DNA from: Eledone cirrhosa
Taxonomy: Eukaryota
Direction of reading: 5' to 3'
Length of the DNA stretch: 64,000 bases
Assembly (NCBI GenBank): GCA_964016885.1
Contig: OZ024750.1
Span: 24,552,001-24,616,000 of the forward strand
In this document: positions 37,091 through 51,737 of the stretch, in pieces
How positions within the stretch are numbered: position 1 is the stretch's first letter
Layout of the letters: each line of letters opens with the position of its first letter
Translations under genes and position numbers: made by a program
Notes under the pieces: generated by a model
What the model saw: the letters and a program-made list of their open reading frames with translations, nothing else
What the model was told of the DNA's origin: nothing
Database searches by the model: none

Positions 37091-38053
37091 ATATACATAT
37101 ATACACACATATATATATATACATACACACATATACATTAATAACAATAATAATAATAATAATAACAACAATAATAATATACATATACATATATATACAC
37201 ACACACACGCGCACACATAAACATATCTATACACACACACACGATAGCAACTAACAGCGCTGCGATCGAATGTAGCTTTTTAGCCCAGCCAATGATCTAA
37301 AATGTCTTGCACAGAGTTGGTAACCAAAACATTCACTGGGAATAGCCGGCTGTGGTTGGAGTTCATGTACATTTGCATGTCGCTTGAGCCCTACTGCTGA
37401 TTTACATTCTCTACCACATGTTTGGCAAGCATGATGAGTAGCATCTCCAACAGCAGCCTGGTAGTCAACCACTGGTCTTACTTTATGACTGCGAAGATGA
37501 CTTTCGAGTCCAGCTTTGCTTAGGCAGAGTCTCGCACAGACGCTGCATGTCAGCACCATAGGAGGACCCTCGCCGTCTGGAAGTGCAACAGCAATGCCCT
37601 TCCTCACATCCCGCTTTACTTTCTCGTATGCGATTCGAGATGCCTCACAGGCAACTTTTCCCTCATATACAGTCTTTCTCCATTTATTGCGATCAGTAGC
37701 AATATTTTCCCATGTATCAGCAGAGATGTTAGCGTCTTTCAAAGAGGCTTTCAAGGAATCCTTATACCTCCTTTTTGGTTGATGTGGCGGTCGTTTTCCT
37801 TTAACCAACTCTCCATAAAAGAGTTGTTTTGGTATTCTAAAATCCTTCATCCTGGCAAGGTGACCACTCCAACGGAGTTGTTGCTTAACCACAAGAGCTT
37901 CTATACACATAGAGCTTTCCAAAATCTCGACATCACTGATGTGGTCCCTCCAGTGAACGCCATGGATCCGTCTGAGACACATCTGATGGAAACGCTCCAA
38001 TTGCTTAAGGTGGTGTCGATATGTGACCCATGTCTCGCAGGCATAAAGAAGCT
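36937..38053 (-). mobile_element. 5'-truncated RTE (BovB-like) LINE with three C-terminal C2H2 zinc fingers
   Basis: LLYACETW..LRWSGHLARM..PKQLFYGEL..KRRYKD, then CSVC..H..H, CQTC..H..H and a degenerate third finger; stop at 37251; 3' UTR also copied at 35974-36220. Confidence 0.9.
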
Positions 38054-39453
38054 CATACATACATACATACATACATACATACATACATACATACATACAT
38101 ACATACATACATACATACATACATACATACATACATACATACATACATACATTACATAACATTACATTACATTACATTGCATAAATTCATGGCTGCAAAT
38201 TTATAGGAAAGGAATATATGAGATTCCGTGACACTTTATACAAATATCTATATATGAAAGAATCTAAACTAGCTTGAGGACATTCGGTATATACATTAAT
38301 GGAGGAATGATTATTTTGTTTAATCCCGCTGTATGAATATTTCAAAGAAATGTTCTCATGTATTTATAACTACCTACTTATTTATACTTACGTAGGCATG
38401 CATATGTAAGAGACAGCACTAATAAAATCTGAATTATGCAAGTTTATCTGGGTATTTCCTGCTGAAAGCAATTTTCAATTTGTATTGTAACGGCATGGTT
38501 CATAAAATCCATACTTGGCATGCATGCTACCGTATAAATAGAAACTATCGGTCAGCAACACGCCCCCATATTGTCGACGTGAATAATTCGTCCACGGAAA
38601 CTGTGACGTTGAAAGGTAGATCGATCGAATAAAAACTGACAACCGAAACAAAGACATCCTGGCGAGCTATAGTTTATTTTTATCTGTGTAATATATCAAT
38701 TTATTTATTTACTTTTTGCAACTCATAATGTCTATTTTTAACGAGATGCCATCGTATATCGCTTTATCTTACTAAACAATACATTACAAATAATTATCAT
38801 ATTCCTAATTATATTAAAGCTTTATACAGAAAGAGGAGTAACATATTTACACATTCCGATCGGCCATCTTGATATATCCAGTTTAAACACCGCCATATTT
38901 GTTGCCAATTATGGCGTATTAGTGATCTATTGTTGATTGTGTCCTGTGATGGAATAGCCGAAAGTTAATGAAAATTTCTGACCGCATGCTATTTATTGTC
39001 TACACGAAAAACTATTATTTGATTTATCATATTATATTTATTTATTTCATCTATTATTTTTTAAAAATTTATTTTGCTTTATGTGCATACGAGTTATCAC
39101 AACCAGTGACCCCAAGAGACAACAAGGTCCGCCATGTTCAAGAAAACACACACTCACACATGTATCTTTAGGTGTTTACACTTGTGATATACTTATATTG
39201 ACGGAATATTCCTTAGTATATGGGCAGTTCCCATTAGTATTATTGTATTTCATCTATACACGGGTTTCCTGGGATTTGGTATAAGTAATCATTAGGCCCT
39301 TTTGGAAAAGCCCTCTTTTCAATTCAGAGGGTTTTTTTAAAAATCCTATCAGATTAATTCTATTTAGTCAAATATGACGTAAGCACATGTTACTACCTAA
39401 TTTTCAAATTCACTAGCCGTTTGTAAACAAAGCCTGCTTTGTGCCTCTCTATT

Positions 39454-39500
<47 letters not shown>

Positions 39501-40781
39501 ACACACACACACACACACATATATATATTCACACAAATGCGCGGGCATATATATATATATTACTGCGTGCGTATATGTAATCTGTCATCAGTTATTTGAA
39601 ATATGTAACATATTTTTTAAATACCTTAAAAAGCAAACATATTAAGAGAGAAGAACAATAAAAATGTGAAATATTTGAAAGTTTGAGGTGAAATATATTT
39701 ACTTCCATCTGAATGACAATATGTCCAACTATTTCCTGAACTTTGACTTTCAATCTTGCAATAGACCAGCCACTTTAATAATACTTAATAGAAACAATGA
39801 TAAAAATTGGGACGTTTAACGAAAAAAGCTTGACTGCTCTGAAAAATATCCATTACTAGATTATTTTTCATACGCTGATGCGCATGTGTATATGTGCGTG
39901 TGTGTATGTGCATATGCATACATTTATATGTATGAGTATATAAATATAAACGTGCAAACACAGACACACTTACAAAAATACACACTCACAGACATACATT
40001 CCCACAAACAGACACATACATTCACACAAACACATATACATGCATTTACACAAACACACACATACACATTCACTCAAACTCAGCATAGTTTTTTTTTCAC
40101 CAACTCCTTCCTTCCTTTTACACACATACGTTCACGCAGACAGCAGTCATAAAAAGAGAGGAGTAGTATGAGGTCATCAAACTACTCCTCTCTCTTTACG
40201 CGTTGTGACAGAATTGCAGAAATTTATATATAGAAGACCTTCTAACTATAAATTAAATCATAAAAGATGATAACATTTTTTTATGAATGAATGCATGTCC
40301 GATAACTAAGGATTCACTACGAATTAGATTGTTCAATGTGTAAAAATGAATTCAGTACTGAAACAATATAAGGAATATTCTGAAATTTGGGACAGCACAA
40401 GGGCAGCCGTAAACCGGTGGATACTACATGTATGGAAATGGAGATTACAATAACAGAGATGGAAAATAGGAACATTCCCTATAATTGTCTCCACTTTGGG
40501 CACAAGGCCAGCAATTACCCAGTACATTACTGGTAATTTATTTTATCGACCCCGTAAGGATGAAAGGCAAAGTTAACCTCGGCGGGATTTGAACTCAGAT
40601 CGTAAAGGGACGTAGCTCTATGCTGCAAAGCATGGCGTCCGGCCCTCTACCGATACTGCCAATTCACCGCCCTATAATAATGGCTTCTTATATAGGCACA
40701 AGGCCATCAATGTTGGGGGAAGGGAAAGTCGATGAAATCGTCCCCAGTGCATGACTGGTACTTTATTTTATCGACCTCGTA

Positions 40782-42174
40782 ATAACACTACATGGTACTG
40801 TATATGACATACCGGATATAGCCCTACATGGTACTGTATATAACATACCGGATATAGCCATACATGGTACTGTATATAACATACCGGATATAACACTACA
40901 TGGTACTGTATATGACATACCGGATATAACACTACATGGTACTGTATATAACATACCGGATACAGCCATACATGGTACTGTATATGACATACCGGATATA
41001 ACACTACATGGTACTGTATATAACATACCGGATATAGCCATACATGGTACTGTATATGACATACCGGATATAGCCCTACATGGTACTGTATATAACATAC
41101 CGGATATAGCTATACATGGTACTGTATATGACATACCGGATATAGCCATACATGGTACTGTATATGACATACCGGATATAGCCATACATGGTACTGTATA
41201 TAACATACCGGATATAACACTACATGGTACTGTATATGACATACCGGATATAGCCATACATGGTACTGTATATGACATACCAGATATAGCACTACATGGT
41301 ACTGTATATGTCATACCAGATATAGCCCTACATGGTACTGTATATAACATACCGGATATAGCCCTACATGGTACTGTATATAACATACCGGATATAGCCA
41401 TACATGGTACTGTATATAACATACCAGATATAGCCATACATGGTACTGTATATAACATACCAGATATAGCCCTACATGGTACTGTATATAACATACCGGA
41501 TATAGCCCTACATGGTACTGTATATAACATACCGGATATAGCCATACATGGTACTGTATATAACATACCAGATATAGCCATACATGGTACTGTATATAAC
41601 ATACCGGATATAGCTATACATGGTACTGTATATGACATACCGGATATAGCCATACATGGTACTGTATATGACATACCGGATATAGCCATACATGGTACTG
41701 TATATAACATACCAGATATAGCCATACATGGTACTGTATATGACATACCGGATATAGCCATACATGGTACTGTATATAACATACCGGATATAACACTACA
41801 TGGTACTGTATATGACATACCGGATATAGCCATACATGGTACTGTATATGACATACCAGATATAGCACTACATGGTACTGTATATGTCATACCAGATATA
41901 GCCCTACATGGTACTGTATATAACATACCGGATATAGCCCTACATGGTACTGTATATAACATACCGGATATAGCCATACATGGTACTGTATATAACATAC
42001 CAGATATAGCCATACATGGTACTGTATATAACATACCAGATATAGCCCTACATGGTACTGTATATAACATACCGGATATAACACTGCATGGTACTGTATA
42101 TAACATACCGGATATAGCCATACATGGTACTGTATATAACATACCAGATATAGCCATACATGGTACTGTATATA
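40782..42174. repeat. 36-bp minisatellite (~38 copies)
   Basis: Unit TACATGGTACTGTATATAACATACCGGATATAGCCA with few variant positions. Confidence 0.95.
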
Positions 42175-42283
42175 TATTACATAAAATGTTGTCAATATGC
42201 AGTAGAAAATAGAAAACCCAAACTAAAAACTGCACTTAAAACTGCACTCTATTATATAGTGAATAATTAGACTACTACTACTA

Positions 42284-42321
<38 letters not shown>

Positions 42322-42377
42322 GTAGTAGTAGTTGTTGTTGTTGTTGTCGTTATTGTTGTTGCATCATCATCGCCATC

Positions 42378-42425
<48 letters not shown>

Positions 42426-42484
42426 GGTTGTTTTAGTACTAGTAGTAGTAGTCTAATATTTCACTATATAATAGAGCGCAGTTT

Positions 42485-42518
<34 letters not shown>

Positions 42519-44472
42519 GATGGCGATGATGATGCAACAACGACAACAACAACAACGACAACAACAACAACGACAACAACACAAACAAATACAACAATAA
42601 ATGCAACAGCAATAATAATAACAGTAATAATAATAAAAAATATTGGAATCGGTCGATTTCTGACTAATTTATTATTCATAGCCTAAAGTAGCATTTTTTT
42701 TATATCTATAAATGATGTAACTTCAAAGACAGCTTGAAAGATGCCATGAGTATTTGAAATTGAATTAATTGGCAGTCATTATTGTTCACAGTGTAATTGG
42801 GTAATCAACGTTCACATACACACACGGTTTCAGCCGAGTTTAACGTATAGTACCGACTTCAATCATACACAATAACTCTTCCATTTGCTTGTTCTCCTTT
42901 TGTGATAAATAAAATCAGTGTACATGTATATATTCTACTTGTGTCAATACATGTCCTGGATGGCGGTGAATCGTATTTCTATTATTGTGGTATTGTGGGA
43001 ATATAGCTTTTCCACCCACCCGCTATGTAAAAAAAAGCAATACGCACTCACACACACACACACACACGCACACACCACACCCACATGCGTATATACTTTA
43101 TTTCCCGGCGCCGGCCGGAGACGCTTCGTCCTCGAGGACGCACCCTAATTTTGACAACCCAAAATTTGAAAAAAGATAATGATTTCTAGTATAGGCACGA
43201 GGCCAGTAGTTTGGGGAGAGGGGAAAGTCGATTATATCGACCTCAGTGCATTACTGGTGCTTTATTTTATCGACCCCGTACGGATGAAAGGCAAAGTTAA
43301 CCTCGGCAGGATTTGAACTCAGATCATAAAGGGCCGTAACTCTATGCTACAAAGCATGGCGTCTGACCCTCTATCGATACTGCCAATCCACCGCCTTTTA
43401 TATATATATATATATAATTGTTTCTGCTTTTGGCACAAGGCCAGCAATTATCCCAGTGTATTACTGGTACTTTATTTTATCGACCCCGTATGGTTGCCAC
43501 ATATATATCTGTGACTTTGTTTAGTTCGTATATATGTAAATCTTTATCTGTGGAAATGCCTCAACAGACTAAGGTGTGGTGTTGGACGTGCAAAAGTCAC
43601 TCTTGCAAAATGGGGATATTTAAAAGATGGGACCTTGTGTGAGACTGCCGCATCGAACCACAGACTACGCAGCACCTCCTGATAGTATCCCTGCTGGAAC
43701 ACCCCTGCCGGAACAGCCCTGCACAGTATTGGACTTGGCAGAGTTTAATGAGAAGGGACAGCAATGTGTTCAGCTGTGGCAGAACCACATCTAGCCAAGC
43801 TTTGTAGCTGACACTCTTGTGGACACGACAAGAAGAAGATCGGTAGACTTTGATAGAATATTTGCATGTAAATTATAGCAGCTGATTCATCTAAAGCACT
43901 ACTTTGTAAGTTAGTGATATTCTAACATTTTGACGGTGGATTGGCAAAATCGGTAGAGTGTCGGACAAAGTATTATATGGTGCTTAGTTACGACTATTAT
44001 ACGGTGTTTTCTACTCCAGGGTCAATTTTCCGTTTCATCCTTCTGGATTTGATAAAGTAAAGTAGCAGTTGAATATTGGAGTCCATGTATTTGACTTAGA
44101 AAAGAATGATTAGTCTCTTCCCAAAGCATTCTTTGCCCGTCACAAATAAAAAACATCATAAGAAATAGTTGAAACACTTGATGTCTAGTGAAGAAGTTCA
44201 ATTAAGAACTTCGCAATCATGTATTTTCGGGTTCAGTCTCATTGAGTGACATCTTAGGCAAATGTCTTTTACTATACCCTCGCGTTGACCAATGCCTTAT
44301 GAGTGAAATTTGGTCGATTGTAACTGCAGAGACATGTATATATAAATATATATATCAGTACAGATATCTAAAACATTCAAAGATTGACTGAATAAGCACT
44401 CAATACTTGTAGTTAGGAGGCAGAAATGAATTTTCTTAGTAGAAAATTGCCAGGGATTTCGAAATTTCTTCG

Positions 44473-44533
<61 letters not shown>

Positions 44534-44703
44534 GAGAGAGGGGGGGGGAGGTAAAATTGTCCCTCTCATTTTTTCAATAATGTCACTTTGACAAATCAAA
44601 GAAAGGAAAAGAAAAAGAAAAACAGATCCTTAAATATATTTAACGTGCTATTTCCAATTTCACCACTGTTTTGTATAGAACCTTAGTCCCATTTCAAATA
44701 TAT

Positions 44704-44760
<57 letters not shown>

Positions 44761-45159
44761 TGTGTGTGTGTGTGTGTGTCTGTGTATGTATATAGAGAAG
44801 GAGAGTGTGAGAGAGAGAGAGAGAGAGAGAATATAGATAACTTACTGATGGCAAAGAACGCCATACCACGGGCCTTCATAGTTGGTCATGTATTCAGTAT
44901 ATCAAGAGAAACTATAAACCAACGAAATATCTGCTGTCTGTACTCGTTGGTACTTCAGGCAGAAATCAAAAAAATAAACCACGATTATAGGCATTTATAC
45001 TAAACATAAACATGAAATCGATAGATATATGCAATGATCCGTGAAATTATCTAACCAACCGGGTTGAAATATTCACGAAATAAAATCTAAGAACGAAATT
45101 CGATGATTGTTTATATCGAACCTGTAAATTTTCTCGTTATTCTCTCCTCATTGTATTTC

Positions 45160-45190
<31 letters not shown>

Positions 45191-45207
45191 TCTCTCTCGC
45201 ACACACA

Positions 45208-45321
<114 letters not shown>

Positions 45322-45407
45322 CTCTCTCTCTCTGACTCACACAAACACACACTCTCTCTCTCTCACTCACACAAACACTCTCTCTCTCTCTCGCACACAC
45401 ACACACG

Positions 45408-45443
<36 letters not shown>

Positions 45444-45653
45444 CTCTCTCACTCTCATAAACACACTCTCACACACACACACACTCTCTCTCACACACAC
45501 ATACACTCACACACACACACTCTCTCTCACACACACTCTCTCTCTCACTCACATAAACACTCTCTCTCACACACACATGCACTCACACACACACACTCTC
45601 TCTCACACGCACACACTCACTCACGCACACACACACATACACACACACACATA

Positions 45654-45698
<45 letters not shown>

Positions 45699-46539
45699 AT
45701 GACCTGTAAGCTCGTAAAGACACCGTTTGATTTGTCAGGTTTATGCACGTTGAATTCTCGATATAAAACCAAAGAGAAACTATGGATAGATAAATAAGAT
45801 GAATAACATCATGCAAGATGTTGTTTATATCGTCATGCTAATTTGATGTGACACGCAATCATTTACAGTCTAATAGGTAATTGCAGCATTTGTGAGTGAC
45901 TTTAAGAGCAGCTCTGTTAAATTATGTGTTCATAATATGTTGGTGTGCTATCGAACCGAAAAGTAAACGTTAGCAATGATAATAATGAAAACATTTTAGA
46001 GGAAATTACTTTCAAAATGTATTCTATTTGAATAGCGTTCGATTGGTAGGGAAATGTATTTTAAACAGAGTTGTGGTGGTGGCCCTGACGATAAATTACA
46101 TGTTTTGACTATATTAGAGAGAACTACAGTTTCAGTTAGTTGCATTCTGGTTGTAGTTAATACCTATTTACTACGCCCCTGTAAAACCTCCATGGAAGAA
46201 TCTACTGGATTGAGTCCTCTCTATATTTTCAAGGCTCATAAAAGGACTTGAAGTCGAAAGTGTTTTCTGAAAAATACTTGTTAATTGAACAGTGATCTTA
46301 TTGTTTAAAGAAATCTCGAGACTGTGTATGTTTCGTAAGACCATAGAGCTACAACTTGGAAGTTCCTCTCCCAGGTACATGATTTAGCAACGTTGTTTTG
46401 TGGAAGACCAGTATTCATCCATGCATGCAAGCCACCCATGTTATTCAAAGAGAAGAAAATGGTAAATACAGCTTGGAACCGTTGACGCCATAAGCGTATT
46501 TAGAACTCAAAGGTCTGAAATAAATACCACAAGACATCA

Positions 46540-46960
46540 TGTGATTATTGGGGCACTGGGATACGTTAGTAACTGCCTCAGTACAAATCTTGAGAAGCTG
46601 GGCTTCACAGAAACAGAAAGAACACGACTAGTTAGGAAATTACAAATATATTAATGGAACAGTAAAAATATGTAAAACATTGCAGAAATTCTGCATCTAA
46701 TAACTGCAAATACACATGTACATATACAAAGCTTATGCAGATGCACACATATAACTCAAAACTTACGCATCCACACATACAATAACATCCATACCTGCAC
46801 ACACATGCATGCAGACATGCAGACATATCTACCTAGTTGATGTTGTGTAAATTCCAATGAGACAGTCTTGTAACTATGTAAGAAACCGGCTCTCTCTCTA
46901 TAGGCAAAAATTTGTGAAATTATAAAACCAGAAGAACATACATACATACACATATACATA
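46540..46960 (+). mobile_element. R4/Dong-like LINE 3' end
   Basis: [44 protein letters not shown]. Confidence 0.65.
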
Positions 46961-49157
46961 CATACATACATACATAATTTCATTCATACATACATACAAA
47001 CATACAGACACACACAAATACATACATACTTACATACATACACACATACATACACATACATACATGCATACATACATACATGCACACACACACGCATACA
47101 CACACATACATACATGCATGCATACATACATAGACACATACATACATGCATAGATATATACATATATGCATAGATACATACATATACAAAGCATATACAA
47201 ATGCACACATACAACTCAAAACATCCACATCCACACATACAATAACATCCATATCTACACATGCATGCATACATAATCTACCTAGTGATGTTGTGTAAAT
47301 TCCAATGAGAGAGTCTTGTGTCTATGTTAGAAACCGACTCTCTCTCTCTATTGGTAAACATTTGTGAAATCATAAAACCAGAAGAACATACATACATACA
47401 TACATGCATACATACATACATACATACATACATACATACATACATACATACATACATACATACATACATACATACATACAGGAAAGGACCTAGATAAATT
47501 CTGAAATTGGGGAAGAAATAATATCAGAAAAAATGAAATCAATAAAGAAAGAAGAAATTCGCAAAGCAGAAAGAAAAGACAAAGAAATAATTTATAAAAT
47601 CAAAAAAGAAAAAAAACGAAAGAAGATACTTGAAATAAGAAAGATGATATTTTATAATGATTTCAGGTCGGGTCAATAAGCCGCTATTATTTTATGTCAG
47701 TCATTTGTATTGGTTGACAACATTTTTAACACTTTTATGGCGATAGTTGGATATGGAACTCTCAATATAAATGGCTATGTTCAATAACTACAAGAAAATA
47801 ACAACTACACTAAAAACAACACAAAAGAAAAAACAACAATTATAGACCACAGATAGAAGAGAACATAATTTTATTGAAGAAAATAAATAATGATTTTTTA
47901 CCAGAATTCTGAGAGTGTACAAAGAAGCGTGATGCTATGGTTGGTTAGTAAGGAAGCTGATTCAATAATTTTAGGAGGAATAGTTTTTTTATTTTAAGGA
48001 ACTTAAACTAAAGAATATAATTCATAAAATAATAATAAAAATAATAAGAATATTGAATAAGAATATTTTTAATCGAAAATTTTTTCAGAATAGAAACATT
48101 TCTTACAATGGTGGAAACAAAGCACGGATTAAGCAACTTAAACTGGGAAATAGAAATTTGGTGCATAGTAAAAATAGAAGACATTATATACTTCTAAACA
48201 ATTGTGTAGAGAAAAATGTAGAAACTGTTAAATAAAGACAACAACAATAGAACTACATTTTTTATTACAAAAGACTGTAGTAAAATCTCGAATAACATTA
48301 ATTCTTGTACAGTAGAATTAAATCTGTGTATTGTAAATTAGTGAACTGAAAATTTGATGATTCCTATTGTCATATCTTTAACAAAAAACAGTTAACTTTT
48401 AATGATACTAGTCCATCATGGTGGAAATGGGTGAATCAAGTACAATTGGGAATGCTTTTTACAGTCTTGTCCGCAGGGCGCAGCCCCTTTACCACCGTGT
48501 CCTAGGCCCAGAGCCCAACGATCCTCCCCCTCCTTCTGTGACACTAGAGTTCTTTCCCGTTCCCTCCCCTTTCCGTTTTTTCTTTTTCTCTTTTTAAAAA
48601 TATTTTTCTCTTTTACAGTCCATTCTTCTCAATCTAAATTTTCTTTTTTTTCTTTTGCTATTAAACTGAAGGTGTGTGACTGAGTGGTTAAAGAATTGGA
48701 TTCGCAATTGTGAGGTTGTGAGTTCGATTCCCGGACCGGGCGATGCGTTATGTCCTTGAGCACGACACTTTATTTCACGTTAGAGTTCTACCTAGAGTTG
48801 CGACCGATAGAGACTATTAGCAATTGGAAAAACCAATGGAAACATTGTTTCCTCGGTCCAATTTGACAAAAGTCGATCGTTACTTTACATGATATATTCC
48901 ATAAATAAAATACTCGAGAACTTAAACAAATAATAATAATAAATAAATATATAAATAAATAAAATGAGTGGAAAACAGAAAGAGTCAGTGTCATACATTT
49001 TAAAAGATAACTTAACCGGTGATGTAGTGAATGTCGTACGCAGAAAATTAATATAATTGAAATATCTCATCTCTTAATTGTCGAAATAAAACAAAATCTT
49101 CGTGGTAATTTTTAACTATCAAAGAAAGGTTGATTATTTCTAGAAAGAATGAATTAA

Positions 49158-49580
49158 CCCTTTAGCATTTACATTACTTTATATTTACTATAAAGGGCGG
49201 TGAATTGGCAGTATCGGTAGAGGGTGGGACGCCATGCTTTCTAGCATAGTTACGTCCCTTTACATTCTGAGTTCAAATCCCGCCGTTCAAGTCCTTTCAT
49301 CCTTACGGGATCGATAAAATAAAGTACCAGTAATGTACTGGATAATTGCTGGCCTTGTGCCTAAAGTAGAAACAATTACTTTATATTTACTATTATATTT
49401 TCACAGTAAACACTTTATCTCACATAAATATCTCACATAATATCGAATCTACGAGATTTTGATGTTATTTTTTTTTAGAACAATACCTTAACATAAATAT
49501 AAGCAACTGGTTACTGCCGGTTTGAACAGAAAGAGATGAGAGAATTCTGGCCGGTTATGGCCAGTTTAAGTGCTAAAGGG
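49158..49580. mobile_element. piggyBac-type MITE with nested SINE
   Basis: TTAA|CCCTTTAGCA...TGCTAAAGGG|TTAA; the nested SINE has a 19-bp TSD ATTACTTTATATTTACTAT (49173-49191 and 49375-49393). Confidence 0.8.
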
Positions 49581-49830
49581 TTAATCTTTCATTTACATTT
49601 TAGAGGAAAGGTCGATTTTTGTTTGCAAACAAACTTCTATTGACATGCTTCGGTCTATTACACCTTATCAGCGTACTATGTATATATGTAGTCTACTAAA
49701 ACATGTCGAATAAGACGAAATATATTTTTACAAATTGGAAAAATTGACTTTCACTATTGACTCTTAAAATCAGGACAGCAAAATACCATATACATTTCTT
49801 TGTCAGGCTTGACGATTATTTTCTCCCTTG

Positions 49831-49834
<4 letters not shown>

Positions 49835-49919
<85 letters not shown>

Positions 49920-50626
49920 TGTCTGTGTGTATCAATACGTCTGTCAGTGTTTAAGCATGTGTGTGTATGTGTGTGTGTGTGTATGTGTGTGTGTATGTAT
50001 GTGTGTGTGTATGTGTGTGTGTCTGTCTGTGTGTATCAATACGTCTGTCAGTGTTTAAGCATGTGTGTGTATGTGTGTGTGTGTGTATGTGTGTGTGTGT
50101 GTGTGTCTGTCTGTCTGTGTGTATCAATACGTCTGTCAGTGTTTAAGCATGTGTGTGTATGTGTATGTGTGTGTATGTGTGTGTGTATGTGTGTGTGTGT
50201 GTATGTGTGTGTGTATGTGTGTGTGTCTGTCTGTGTGTATCAATACGTCTGTCAGTGTTTAAGCATGTGTGTGTATGTGTGTGTGTGTGTGTGTCTGTGT
50301 GTGTGTGTCTGTCTGTGTGTATCAATACGTCTGTCAGTGTTTAAGCATGTGTGTGTATGTGTGTGTGTGTGTGTATGTGTGTGTGTATGTGTGTGTGTGT
50401 GTATGTGTGTGTGTATGTGTGTGTGTCTGTCTGTGTGTATCAATACGTCTGTCAGTGTTTAAGCATGTGTGTGTATGTGTGTGTGTGTGTATGTGTGTCT
50501 GTGTGTGTGTGTCTGTCTGTGTGTATCAATACGTCTGTCAGTGTTTAAGCATGTGTGTGTATGTGTGTGTGTCTGTGTGTCTGTCTGTCTGTGTATCAAT
50601 ACGTCTGTCAGTGTTTAAGCATGTGT

Positions 50627-50658
<32 letters not shown>

Positions 50659-50921
50659 ATCAATACGTCTGTCAGTGTTTAAGCATGTGTGTGTATGTGT
50701 GTGTGTGTGTGTGTCTGTGTGTGTGTGTCTGTCTGTGTGTATCAATACGTCTGTCAGTGTTTAAGCATGTGTGTGTATGTGTGTGTGTGTGTATGTGTGT
50801 CTGTGTGTGTGTGTCTGTCTGTCTGAGTGCATCAATACGTCTGTCAGTGTTTAAGCATGTGTGTATGTGTGTGTGTGTGTGTGTCTGTCTGTGTGTATCA
50901 ATGTGTGTGGGTGTTTAAGCA

Positions 50922-50984
<63 letters not shown>

Positions 50985-51007
50985 ATCAATACGCCTGTCA
51001 GTGTTTA

Positions 51008-51055
<48 letters not shown>

Positions 51056-51105
51056 TGTGTGTCTGTGTGTATCAATATTCGTGTGGGTGTTTAAGCATGT
51101 GTGTC
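49835..51105. repeat. Composite satellite: ~30-bp core separated by variable (TG)n
   Basis: About 14 copies of GTATCAATACGTCTGTCAGTGTTTAAGCAT. Confidence 0.9.
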
Positions 51106-51579
51106 TTTAGAAGTTGAACAAATGATAATTTTTTCAACCCGTTCTTGCGGACCATGTTGAATCGTGTTAAAGATGAATATATCAGAAATCGAAATATCCT
51201 GAGGTGATCAATAGACAATCGAGAAAGACTATAGTGACATCTTTCTGTGTATTGTTCAGATAATTTTGTTATTCTGAATATTATTTCGTCATTGAACTGA
51301 AGTTGCCAGGTTAGCTGAACAAATCATAGTCTGTTATCAGCTTAATGAAACATGCACGACCTGATTATGTTTGTCAAATCAAACATATGTTGTTGTGACC
51401 AGATAAAAAGCAGCACGCAAAATATAACATTTCAATACAGTACAGTGTATCAAGTATTGCTTATTAGCCTTAGGTGTAGAGCTAATTAGGTTCTTTTAAT
51501 ACAGTATAGTGAAGTGAATCGAATATTGAATTTACATAGCAACCACTAAGAGTTATCTGTGTCCTCAACTACAATCATT

Positions 51580-51679
<100 letters not shown>

Positions 51680-51704
51680 CGCGCATATATATATATATAT
51701 TTAC

Positions 51705-51737
<33 letters not shown>

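Noticed and set aside
47737-47790. MAIVGYGTLNING resembling an L1/Tx1 endonuclease start
   Set aside because: Immediately followed by a stop, with no further motifs recognised; too short to call.
49835-51105. CRISPR-like repeat/spacer appearance
   Set aside because: Spacers are (TG)n, not unique sequence; eukaryotic context; no cas genes.
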